Positions 21,565 through 32,205 of a stretch of 64,000 bases of DNA are shown one piece after another (position 1 is the stretch's first letter; every line of letters starts with the position of its first letter). Below the pieces are notes generated by a model that was not told the origin of the DNA, searched no databases, and worked only from the letters and a program-made list of their open reading frames with translations. The position numbers and the translations under genes are program-made. Origin of the DNA: Plasmodiophora brassicae (Eukaryota); contig CP145424.1 in NCBI GenBank assembly GCA_036867785.1, forward strand, positions 62,001 to 126,000, in the 5' to 3' direction.

Positions 21565-21618
21565 CAAGTCAGACGAGGACAAGGTCCCGATATCGGGACT
21601 TTGTCCTCGTCTGACTTG
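21565..21618. repeat. 54-bp spacerless palindrome
   Basis: caagtcagacgaggacaaggtcccgat|atcgggactttgtcctcgtctgacttg; 27-bp arms with a single G:T mismatch. Confidence 0.95.
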
Positions 21619-22083
21619 CCCACATGGTTAGGACGTGGAATCAAAACTTTGAGCGACCGCATGCAGTTCGAGTACGGCCAGGAGGACGGTAATGAGAGTG
21701 GGTGTTGTACGTAATGAGACTGGTACGCTTCGGATACTGTGGCGGGGTTCGGAATGATATGTGTTTAGGCGCCCTAAGATTGCTGGGATGAGATGTTGAC
21801 TCACTGGAGAGACGACTGGCTGGCTGGCCGTGATAGACAACCCAGCCAGGTCCATGTGCTATTTTGGTGATGGCGCACATTCCTGGTTTAGACGGTACGT
21901 CGTACACTTTACCGTCTGCGCCATTAAGTTTGCCCAGGGCAAATTGCAGACATCAGCCGAGAATTTCGGGAGAACAGCGAATCCGCAGCTGGCAACGACA
22001 GAGGGTCAAGATCACTCGATTAGAACTGGTCCTGCAATGCGGGTCTTCAATATGACTGTCAACATTGCTCAGTTTTACGCAGT

Positions 22084-23323
22084 CCATGGGCGACGCATGC
22101 GGGCTGCCGCATTACGTGATTGTGGCCATGAATGATGTGGAGTGGGGACTCCTGTGGACGGGAATCGGAGGTTCGGACTATCCATTATGAAATTCTGGAT
22201 CTATCCATTAATCGCTCTATCGATAGTTGGGACCTCCCTCATCGTCTCGTTGACGATTCTCTTCCTGCAGTCCGGGCGCAACGACCGGCAGCACCGAGAG
22301 CTCGTGACTATTCTCCAGCGAATGGAAGCACATATCCAGGGAATGGAAGCACATATCCAGGGAATGGAAGCACATAACCAGGGAATGGAAGCACGTATTA
22401 TCGAAGCTGTTCGCGATCTGCGTTGCAGCTGACAGGAAATAGGGCTGTTGCTGTGATTCTGTAGAATTACATGGATCAGTTCGTCATATATATCATCTGC
22501 TAGGCGCCGACTCTTGCTTCCGACCGCCTCCGCAGACGTGGGCATCGGCGGGCGTTAGCACAGAAGCTTCGATAGCGCAAAGAGCCCTCTTTCAAACAAG
22601 CTCACGTCCCGAATTCGATCCTGGGACGTAATGGCGGGAGGTGACCACGTTATGTCTTTCTTTGGATGACTCCAATGACGATCCCAACTGTATCCGATGG
22701 GCGAGTTGGGTTCCGCTTGGGCGCCGCTGTGACCGGGTTGCCAGGTAGATCAGGGGCACTATAGAAGTAGTTGGCACTTCGGTCTACACTCTACACAACG
22801 GTGGCCGGTTGCGCTCGCGGCGGCTCCCACCTCATGTTTGGATCGACCCGTTTGAATTCCCAAAGTTTGTCAGGGCATCGTCATCGGAGACAGCGAGTGG
22901 CCGTATCCAAACGAGAACACCTGCGGCCATGCTTCAGCGACGGCAGCCCTGTATTCTCACGGCCGTTTGGACTTCTCTGCGCCGAACGTTCCAACACAGG
23001 TCATCGGTGGTGACAAGCCATATGCAACGTCTCCATTGTCGCACCGGACAGGGAACCCGTGTTGATCGCCCCGTATATCAGGTCGTACCAATGAGCAAAC
23101 ACCGATGTCATCGGCGACACTGGTGTATCACACAACTGGGTAATCAATGGCATCGAGGGCGTCTCCCGCCAGGTACAGCGACCCTGCCAGGAGGTCAACC
23201 ACAGCATCGGACGTGACGTGATTAATGCCGACCCACCCGTCATCAGGACACAATAGTGGACACCGGCTGACTTGGATGCCAGCCGGCGAAGGTCGCCCAC
23301 GACGGCGACCATGTCCGGTAGCA
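22084..23323. repeat. About 1.2-kb direct duplication, copy 2 (overlaps the real FPGS 3' end)
   Basis: Matches 19423-20639 and has one extra 21-bp repeat unit. Confidence 0.97.
22187..22432 (+). CDS. Putative 81-aa signal-anchor/secreted micro-protein with heptad repeats, copy 2
   Basis: Same as 19526-19750 with an additional in-frame heptad MEAHNQG. Confidence 0.5.
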   Translation: MKFWIYPLIALSIVGTSLIVSLTILFLQSGRNDRQHRELVTILQRMEAHIQGMEAHIQGMEAHNQGMEARIIEAVRDLRCS

Positions 23324-25030
23324 CAGCCGCGGAACACGCACCTGCCCTGGCGACAGATTTCCACACCTGGACGAGGACGTCCTGCCAGGTAGCGCCGTCG
23401 TCATCCACGCCAGCGTCCCCGAGCACGCCAGACGCCTTCGGGAACCACCCTTTCCGCCATAACTGTTCTTCCTTGAACGGGCAGCTGATGAATGCGGAGA
23501 AATCCTAACAGCAACGATAAGTCAGGTGCCGGTCGTCATCCGTTGCTGGGCACAGGGTCCGTAACCTGGACGACGTCACTGAGGGCCGTCAGCAATTTCA
23601 CAGGGTCTCTGGTCGTACTGCAATTGAACACAACGATAGGACAATGTGGTGACGCGGGCCGCTGTGAAGCAAACCATCGCGCGCAGGACGACATGCTGTC
23701 GACCGTGTGTGCCCCATCGACAAACAGAGTCAGGTTTTCATCTAGCGCGATTCGCTGGCACCGTCCAGGCCATCGGCAGTCTCGAAGTGCCATCTGCACG
23801 CTGGGAAGCGCCAGGCAACCGGCGTGGTCAACACCAGGCTCGATATCGTCCAGCGCCGCAGCAGCCAGCGATAGCGCCAAGGACGCATTCTGCCGCTGAT
23901 GCTGACCCTCCAAGCCTGGGAAAGGAATGAGCAAGCCCGAACGAATTCAACAGGCAACTCCCATACCGATCAGGACAGTGTCTGGAAGAGGTCCGACGAC
24001 GGTCAACCGAGACTCACAGCGGGCGGCTTCGTTTCGGATGACGTTGAGGACGCCAGCGTCCTCGTGCATAATCGTGCAGACCGGGACGCCCTGTTTGATG
24101 ATACCGGCCTTCTGGGCCGCGATGCTCTCCAGTGTGTTGCCCAGGATCTCGCAGTGGTCGTACCCGATCGACGTGATCCCGCAGACGACAGGCCTCGGCA
24201 CACAGTTCGTCGGGTCACACAGCCCGCCAATGCCAACCTTGAACATGCGTTCATCATCGAGCGGGGTACACCATATGACCGGCGGCCATGGACCGACCTC
24301 GACGACGGCAACATCAACGCGTTTGGCGAGAAACACTTTGAACGCCAGCAGTGTCATGAACCGGAAATAGGCAGGCATGGGCGGGTTCGGTCCGCACCGA
24401 TCCTGCATAGGTAGGCGCCGGCATCACCGAATTGAAACGGCAGCGGGAACGCGCAACGAACATACCTGGGTGTCGTATAGGCGATCGAAGAGGGACCAGA
24501 AGAACCCGTCGAATTCCTCGCTGGACAGGGCGGCGCCGTCGACACGGATCCGCTCCCTGACGTTCCGAAGGTGCGGCGACGTGAACAGGCCGGTGCTGAC
24601 GGGACGGCCCTGCCGGACCCAGACAACGGTGAGGCCGAGTGGCGCACGCGAACGCGGATAGGTTCGCCTACGTCACGGTCGAGTCGATAGTGGCGCAGAA
24701 TGGAGTCGGTCAACGCGCAGACCGACCCTTTGCCCTTCGTTCCTGCGACGTGGACGACTTTCAGCGCTCGAATCTGGAACGCAACGATATCACGGGTGTT
24801 TGTAGAGGTCCAGGTCATCGCGCACGACTCACGTTGATGCCGGCGCGACCCAGGTACGATTCCATTTCCGCGACGGCGGTGCGCCGCTCCACATGTCGGA
24901 CGGCGCGCTCCACGTGCTTCGACTGCAGCGACCGCAGGGCCTCATCGACGCTCTGCGACGCTGGTTCAGCCAGCGCATCGTGCCGAACGATGAACGCGGC
25001 GGGACGCACCTGGAAGCCGTGGGCGGTCAT
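23128..25030 (-). CDS. FPGS: Folylpolyglutamate synthase, spliced
   Basis: VVHVAGTKGKGSVCA, GLFTSPHL..VRERIR, VDVAVVE|VGIGGLCDPTN, GYDHCEILGNTLESIAAQKAGI, WPGRCQ, FVDGAHT and C-terminal VLMTG|SLYLAGD. First in-frame ATG at 25030. Confidence 0.93.
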
Positions 25031-25112
25031 GGTCAGGTGCCGGGCGCGATCCGCGTCTGGGCAAAATTGGGCCACGGCGACGCGGCGCAGGAGGCGGCGG
25101 ACGGGTGAGCGG

Positions 25113-26516
25113 ATGGACGCGGCGGGTGCCACCGTCGGACTGCAGTCGCCGGCGCGCCACAAGTCGCGATCCGCCAGTGAGCTGCACAGCGCGCGTGCCG
25201 AACTGCGGGCCGCCCTGTCCGATGCTGAACGCGCCGGTGTGGCACAGGGTCCGCCGACCGGTCGCAGGCGCAGCACCGCCCAGTAACGCTGCACGAGTAC
25301 GCCACGGGTCTCAGAAGGTGCACACGCACCACCGTTTCTGTGCTGCCGTTCGCCCAATGAAGACGCCCCCGGTACAGGTTGCTGGCGAATCAGGTCGTCA
25401 TCCGGCGGCTCGAGCAGCAGTGTGACGCGGTCTATGCGCAGCTGGACGAGGTCGTCGTCAGGCTGGCCGAGATGTCGGTCGTGGAACGGAAGACACAGCA
25501 CCTGTCGCACACGACGACGTCGTTGGTGAGACGGCTTTCGGTACGGATCGCGCCATTGTCTCTACCCTTGGTCGCCTGACGGGTCCCTTCCCCGGTAGGA
25601 ACAGTCCTGGCATTCGGATGCCATACGGAACGCCGTCGCACAACGACGAGATCACATCGTCGCCCGTCTGGATCGCCTGCTGGACGCCACGCAGGCCATG
25701 CTGGCGTGCGCCTCCGAGGACCACCGCACCGCGTCTGCGCTGAACGCCGACGCCCAGAGGTATGCTCGGTTCATGGCGGAAGCCACCGGGCCGGCACCGT
25801 GACCGTTGCGTTGCAAGGGAGCGGATCAGTGATATCACGTTGCGGTTGGAGACGCGCCGTGCCAAATTGCTGTTTCAGCTTCAGACACTGTACCCGATTG
25901 AGATGCCGAGCGCAAACGTCCCGCTGCAGTCGCGTTGTTACGTCATCCGGGGGGTCCAGGTGCCCGTCGTCGATTCGATCGCGCTGCTGGACGACGACAC
26001 CATGTCGGCCGCGCTGGGCTACGTGTGTCACGTGGTCCTCATGATATCCAAGTTCATGGACGTAAGCCCGTCGTCGTGTGCGAACGTTTGCGGCGCCAGG
26101 CGGTTAACGAAGACCGGCCTGCAGATCCCCTTGCGGTACAAAATCCACTACCGCTGCTCGAGATCGTTCGTGACCGACGAGGTGTCGCCAATCCCGGGCC
26201 ACAACGAGTACCCATTGTACATGAAAGGCGTGGAGCGCGCCAAATTCGAATGCGGCGTCATCCTCCTGAACCGGGTCGTCGACCAGGTACGCCGTCGCCC
26301 ACCGAGACCGTCACCCGTGCGCTCGTTCACCCGCCCGCCCGTGCAGATCCTGCGCAACCGGAACCTCGACACGGCCTGCTGCCAGACGCGAGGCGAGAAC
26401 CCAGCCAGGTACGGTGGCGCGCGTTGGACCGATCGACCTGCCGCGCCTGACCCAACGCTGCCTCCCCCAGGCTGCTCGAGAACCTGTCCCGGCTGTTTGC
26501 CAGCGAGCTCCCATAA
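25113..26516 (+). CDS. UVRAG: UVRAG/Vps38-like PI3K complex subunit, spliced
   Basis: Coiled-coil exons followed by LLFQLQTLYPIE, SAALGYVCHVVLMISKFMD|IPLRYKIHYRCSRS, EYPLY and FECGVILLNRVVDQ. Stop TAA at 26516. Confidence 0.8.
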
Positions 26517-26666
26517 ACCTATCTATTGCCTGCTGCCTACGTACGTACGTTACCTTCGTGTACTGCGATCGTTCCGCGCCATGCAGTCCCGGGGTTTGTT
26601 GTCCGTCGTGCCGACGACGTCGACCCGATCAGGGACCGTCATTTTGGGGACGGCGGCTCTCTCGGG

Positions 26667-28092
26667 ATGGCGTTCGAGGGTTGCCAGCCGCTCGTCGTCG
26701 ACAATGGCACCGGCGTGGTCAAGGCGGGGTTCGCCGGCGCCGACCGCCCCAGGCTGGTGCTGGACAACGTGGTCGGGCGGCCCAAGCACGCCAAGGTCAT
26801 GGCGGGGGGCGCCGCCGCCGCCGCCGCCTCCGTCTTTGTCGGCGACGACTGCCGGCGCCTGCGCGGTGTGCTGCGCCTGCGACCGCCGATGCGCCATGGC
26901 GTCGTTCACGATTGGGACGACATGTGCACTGTCTGGGCGCACATGTACCACGCCTTACAGGTCGGGTCCATCGCGCGTCCTGCCTGCCACCACACCGTCC
27001 ATTGACGTTGCGCTGCTCTGGTAAGGCCGTCCCAGACGAACACCCTGTGCTGCTGACCGAGGCGCCGTTGAACCCGGTATCGAATCGCGCCAGGTCCATG
27101 CAGGTGTCTGAGCACGTCAATGCCCGCTGTCTGTCTGTCTGTGGTCGCCTGACGCGTCGCGGCAGGTGTTCTTCGAGCAGTTCCGCGCCCCTGCCCTGTA
27201 TATCGGGTCGCAGGCTATACTGAGCCTGTACGCTTCTGGGCGGACGACTGGCGTCGTGCTCGATTCCGGCGATGGCGTAACGCACGCCGTTCCCGTGTTC
27301 GAAGGTGTGACGATGTGCCTCGTGCGGAATGTCTGTTGCCGACCGTTCCGTTCAGGGTTCTCTGTTCCGCATGCGATCACGAGGATGGACCTGGCCGGGC
27401 AGGACCTCACCGAGCACCTGCAGGTCGAGCTTCGCAAGGCCGGGTGTCGCCTGACAACGTCGGCCGAGATGGCGATCGTCCGCGCCATCAAGGAGGCGAC
27501 ATGTTTCGTCGCACGCCGTCCGGACGAGGTTGACCGGGAGCATACGGATTGGTACACGTTGCCCGATGGCAACGTGGTCGATGTGGGTACGGCCGCGTTC
27601 AGGGTCCCGGAATTGCTGTTCCAGCCGGAGCAGTACGGGTATGAGTGCCCCGGCGTGCCACAAAGCCTCACCGACGCGATCGAGAAATCCGACATGGACC
27701 TGCGGATCGGCCTGTACGAAAACATTGTGCTCGCGGGCGGCACGACCCTGTTGCGAGGGTTCCCTCAGCGACTTCTCGACGAGGTACTGCGGAAGGGTGT
27801 CTCTCAGTGGCAGCAATTTGATCTCTGACTGTGCACATGTTCTGCTGCAGGTACAGCGTCGAGCCCCGCGGAACGTCCGGGTTCGAATATACGCACCGGC
27901 AGATCGGATGTCGGTGCTCGTTGCAATTACTAGCGTAACGTACAGTTCAACGTCCGTTGTCTCTGCAGGTACTCATGCTGGATCGGCGGCTCGATCTTCT
28001 CCAGCCTCGCGACGTTCGAACGTATGTGGATCTCGAGAGCGCAGTTCGAAGAATCCGGTGAAAGCGCCTTGTTCAGGAGCAGGTCCTCCTGA
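26667..28092 (+). CDS. Actin-related protein, ARP1/centractin-like, spliced
   Basis: VVDNGTGVVKAGFAG, VGRPKHAKVMAG, HPVLLTEAPLNP, LYASGRTTGVVLDSGDGVTHAVP, YTLPDG and IYAPADRM|YSCWIGGSI. Confidence 0.88.
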
Positions 28093-28252
28093 CATGGACG
28101 GACGACAAGCGCGTTCCGTATTCATCAAGAGCCTTCTTTCCTCTACAGATAATAAACACGTTCCGCCATCAATCTCACGAGACACTGACGAGGTACGACA
28201 ATGCTGTCTGATTTAGTGGACTGTCATATCGGGTGCAATGTTTTCGTATGAA

Positions 28253-28647
28253 TTAGTCGATCTTCTTCCGGAAAGAGCATCCTTCTGTCAGTCGGGCCTT
28301 GCCACCAGTGGGCTGGCAGAGGATCGTCGAGCAGGCCGTGCAGAACACCACCGTGGACGCGTGCGAGAACACAGTTGTTCTAGAAAGCAGCACGACAGCA
28401 GTTCAGCATGGTTGACACCAACGTAGGTAAATACGGGAAGCGCATACATGTTGAAGCATCCAGGGCATTTGACGTCCATGAAGAACGAGTCCGGGCTCTG
28501 GACGAGGCGCTTAAGTTTGTGTTTGCGGGCCTCCGACTCGGCCGATGGGAACAACAGGTCCTGAGCGAGCTGCGATAGAGGAACAAGCGCCCGTCAATGC
28601 AAGGCCCTGTACATCAATCACGAAGACGCCAGGCCACTCACCACCAT
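28253..28647 (-). CDS. RPS27: 40S ribosomal protein S27 (eS27), two introns
   Basis: [11 protein letters not shown]...[67 protein letters not shown]. First intron at 28570-28641. Confidence 0.97.
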
Positions 28648-29810
28648 CGCTGATCACACCGGGCTCCAACGCCAACGAAATGGCCGCGATTGCCGTCGCG
28701 GACTCCGTGGCCGGCAGCAACCCGTCCTCCGTGATTAGCGCGCCCCGCCATATATACTGACGGCGGCAAAACCCAGTGGCTGGTGCTGGCGCGAGCCAAT
28801 ACTACCACCGCTGCCCCCCACGCCTCAGCGACAATGGTCGACACCTGATGGCTTACCGACCTGGCATGTAATCCGGCAGGTAACCGGTCAATAGGCCACG
28901 GGAACGGCTAAGTAGCGCGATCCACATCGCGAGCAAGTGGTCGCCGATTTCAGCAAGTAATGAGGTCTGAACCGTATACCGCGCGGCCCGACGCAAGAGT
29001 CGGCGCCTGATGATATAGTTATTAACGAACCGAATGCTTCTGAAGTCATCAGGTTGATTCGGCCACGATGCCTTCAGAAGCATAGGTGCATTAGTATATA
29101 TCTGCTGCCTATCTGTGGACGGCTCGTCCTGCTCTGCTTGCTGCAGTGGAGGCATGCATTCCAACTAGTGACGCTGGCTGTTGCGACCGAAGTCCTATCA
29201 TCTGCGGCAGATTCGCAGGAGAATGCTGCTTAGCTCCGGAATGGAATGGAATTTATTGGGTTGAATCCTTTTCAGATAGCTGGGCGTCCCGTCACGGTAC
29301 CGGGAACCGTTGGAGTGCCGCAGTACGCACGTGAGTTCCGCAAATCTGAGCATTCGTTCACACCCTTTGGACCTGGCACGCGACAGTTTGGACGATTGCA
29401 AGATAGTGTGGGACTCGCCATATCAAATTGGACGTTAGGACAATGCATCACAGTGATTACCCACTGGCCATACTCACTAATAAGCACCGAACCACATGCG
29501 AGACAGGTGAACAATCCTTCTAACGGGCACCCTGCGGCCAATCCAAGTCGCTTCATCTATATCCATCATTGTGGCCGTTTGTATAGCAGGCCACCCACCT
29601 AGCCCAACCTGTTTCGTCGGAGGGGTACGCCAGCTGACATTTCTAGGCTCGCTGGCAGCCCGTTCCACAGCATCCATAAAGGTCGTGCTTACCATATCTA
29701 CCTCTACAGGTATTGATCAGTCCGGGTTCCAATTTGCGCTGCGCAAGGTGCTTGCTCACCCGTTTCAGTGCCAATCTCGAGCCAACATGGGGTCAAGCGG
29801 CTGTCGGAAA

Positions 29811-29953
29811 TTGACGGCATCTTGGTCCCAGAATTGAGCACATAGCATTACCGTCAAAGCAGTCGTCACAGAGCTGCCTTGCTGTTGGCCATCCAGTTGA
29901 CGGCCGCTTGGCTCCAGAATTGAATGCATACTGACAGCCAGTCGTCACAGAGC
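29811..29953. repeat. Imperfect direct repeat of about 60 bp
   Basis: ttgacggc..cttgg..ccagaattga...cagtcgtcacagagc occurs at 29811-29874 and 29897-29953. Confidence 0.8.
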
Positions 29954-30163
29954 ACGACGCGCCGTTGAACCAAAGCTGAGCACGTTCTGGAGGCATCGAC
30001 AGTGCTGCAACGTGTTTGGTCCTCCACCACCTATGTATAAGCACGTTGTAGAGAATTCCAGCGGTGAACAGCACTTACACGTCGAACGTCGGCGCAGGTG
30101 ATGTAGTCTCCCTGGGTGTTTGACGACGGAAGACGCTCGAACACAGCGTGTCCGCCAGCGCCT

Positions 30164-30339
30164 TGTCCTGCAGGACGAGCTATGCTTGTGAGGCGAGAGC
30201 CACTCCCTTATCACCTGCAAGAACGTGAAGAGATGATCTTTGCCGGCCGGCTCAGACGGCAAAGATCATCTCTTCACGTTCTTGCAGGTGATAAGGGAGT
30301 GGCTCTCGCCTCACAAGCATAGCTCCGTCCTGCAAGACA
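30164..30339. repeat. Hairpin with a perfect 69-bp stem and 11-nt loop
   Basis: 30177-30245 is the exact reverse complement of 30257-30325. Pairing extends outward by about 13 bp with one indel and one mismatch. Confidence 0.97.
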
Positions 30340-30429
30340 GAGCGCACATGTGCGCACTGGCGACTCCTCTCGACGACGTATTGTATCGCGACCGTCGCCG
30401 ACCCCACCATCGCACGGACCTGTCACGGA

Positions 30430-30720
30430 GGGTCAAGCTGAAATGGCCCTCAGAGTTCGAAATCCATGCCCATCCGAGTCCAACATGGCTCCTCCGCATT
30501 CACGTGTCGATCGGGAAAAGCGATTGTCAGCGCGGCAACCTCGGACGGCTGCAACATATCGATATCCCCTCAACCCCCCAATTCCCCGACCTGAATATTC
30601 CTGATCTTCGGTTGCTTGCGGTTATTCAGGCGTGCCAGCTTCGGACGCCGGCCAAATCAATTGATGACGTGGCCGCGAATATCGAAGAAGCGTTTGGCAA
30701 ACAATCGATGAGTTATTCCG
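30430..30720 (+). mobile_element. Decayed Tc1/mariner transposase C-terminal remnant
   Basis: KWP, a frameshifted IRVQHGSS (compare IxxQQDNA) and PQFPDLNIPDLRLLAVIQACQLRTPAKSIDDVAANIEEAF, resembling the PPNSPDLNxLDLGFFxxIQxxQ...SIDELI motif of plant/oomycete-type mariners. Confidence 0.65.
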
Positions 30721-30981
30721 ATCCTGTGCCTACAGAAGACAATGGAAAGTTTGCATGGTCCTTGGGGTTGGGAAGCAGAATAGCGAGTACTGTTGCGGCG
30801 ACAGTACTTGACGTCCGACGAGGGACGCTTCAGCCCGTACGCAGCCCCCCGCTTTGACTAGGCCAGTAGCACGTTCTGTCTGGTGCTGAGCTGTTTGTTC
30901 TCTTATTTCCCCATATTCCCATCGACTGACATATCACTGCTGATGGCACTGCTGTATTGACGGACCTGGACACCATCCCTG

Positions 30982-31938
30982 CTACAGGAAAGCAGAACGC
31001 TGGGCGTCCCATTCCTCCTGTTGTAAGTGGCGAGCGAGGACTTCGTCACTCGCCATTGCCGCGTCCTGGTCACCCGCCTGCATTTGTCGCGCCATATCCA
31101 GATCGTTTGCCGTTGCGATGCGGTGGGCTTCCTGTTGGTCTTGGAATGCCTCCATATATAGTTGAAACGCAATCTCTTCGTCATCCATAACGTTCTGCAT
31201 CGTCGCTGCTGGCCAACCGGGTTGCGACGTCGACGTCGACTGCGGCGACCGTCCATCTTCCACCATGTACATCTGCTGCAGCATTTGAGCCAGCAATTCG
31301 TCGTTCGTAGCACGGCCTCGGGCGTTTGATGACGTCTGAACGGGTTCTCGTGGTGCTGCCGTTCCCGACTGAGGCTGTGCCGTTCCCGAAGGCGCGTGTG
31401 CATCCTCTTCCTCCTCCAGGTGCAGCCTCTTGTGCACCAGTGCTGCAGTACCCTCGATGCCAGCGCTAGGACTTGCTTGGTCATGTGCCTTCGAGGCAGG
31501 TTCCAGCTCTTCCTCGAAGGTGTCCGCATTGGATCCAGATGGGTCTGGCCGACCAGCACGGTGGCCTGAACTGCGCCTGCGCGAGGGCCGTGTGCTGGTC
31601 ATCGACGCCTCAGATACCGTTACGGAATCGCAATGCCAGGTTCCTTTGTTCAGGATCACGGTGAGCAGCCCACCACTCAAGAGGTCGATCCCTGCGGCAG
31701 CGAATGACGTCGTGAAACACGACACAACGACAACTTTCCAATTCGCCGTGGCACCCTTGATCTCGGTCTCAATGCATTCGATGACATTTCCGAGCAAACT
31801 TCGGACAGCCATATTGCTCATACCGACGTCTCGAAAAGGAAATCGTGCAAAGATGTCGTTCACATCCTCCATCACGGCAGACGGCAACTCGCCGCCATAC
31901 GCGACGGTCATTGCCAGCAACCCGAACGTCCAAATCAT
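30982..31938 (-). CDS. Secreted effector-like protein, copy B (paralog of 9909-10988)
   Basis: The start MIWTFGLLAMTVAYGG aligns with the start of copy A. Shares CIE, WK.V.VSC and WHCD, plus C-terminal WPA.T.Q...EE.AF.LY.EA.Q.QQEA...ATAND...AR..Q...DE..AR.LQQEEW. Intronless, 318 aa. Confidence 0.8.
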   Translation of the reverse strand: MIWTFGLLAMTVAYGGELPSAVMEDVNDIFARFPFRDVGMSNMAVRSLLGNVIECIETEIKGATANWKVVVVSCFTTSFAAAGIDLLSGGLLTVILNKGTWHCDSVTVSEASMTSTRPSRRRSSGHRAGRPDPSGSNADTFEEELEPASKAHDQASPSAGIEGTAALVHKRLHLEEEEDAHAPSGTAQPQSGTAAPREPVQTSSNARGRATNDELLAQMLQQMYMVEDGRSPQSTSTSQPGWPAATMQNVMDDEEIAFQLYMEAFQDQQEAHRIATANDLDMARQMQAGDQDAAMASDEVLARHLQQEEWDAQRSAFL

Positions 31939-32205
31939 GTGAAGGTGCATTCCGACGACACTCAGCCTGCAATCCAAATGACCTTGCGGCGGGAGCCCGC
32001 GCACGCCGCAGTTGCTCCAGGACGCACTCGCGCGCGCGCACCAGAATTAGCAGATCTGCGCACGGCAAATCCCCATCCGCAGGAAGTCCGCGTGGCTTGC
32101 ATCTGAAGAGTGCGTACAGGGCTCGGATGCCGCGCAGGATTCCGCGATATCAGGGCTCCCCACCCGTTCTGTCTCCGACACGGTGTATATTAAAAGTGGA
32201 AGTCG

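Noticed and set aside
21240-22080. Short ORFs between the TM2 pseudogene and the second duplication copy
   Set aside because: Stop-riddled, no recognisable motifs and no coding-like codon bias; cannot be assigned without a database search.
31939-32004. N-terminal extension of the 340-aa ORF
   Set aside because: Alignment with copy A places the start at MIWT (31938), which also exposes the signal peptide.
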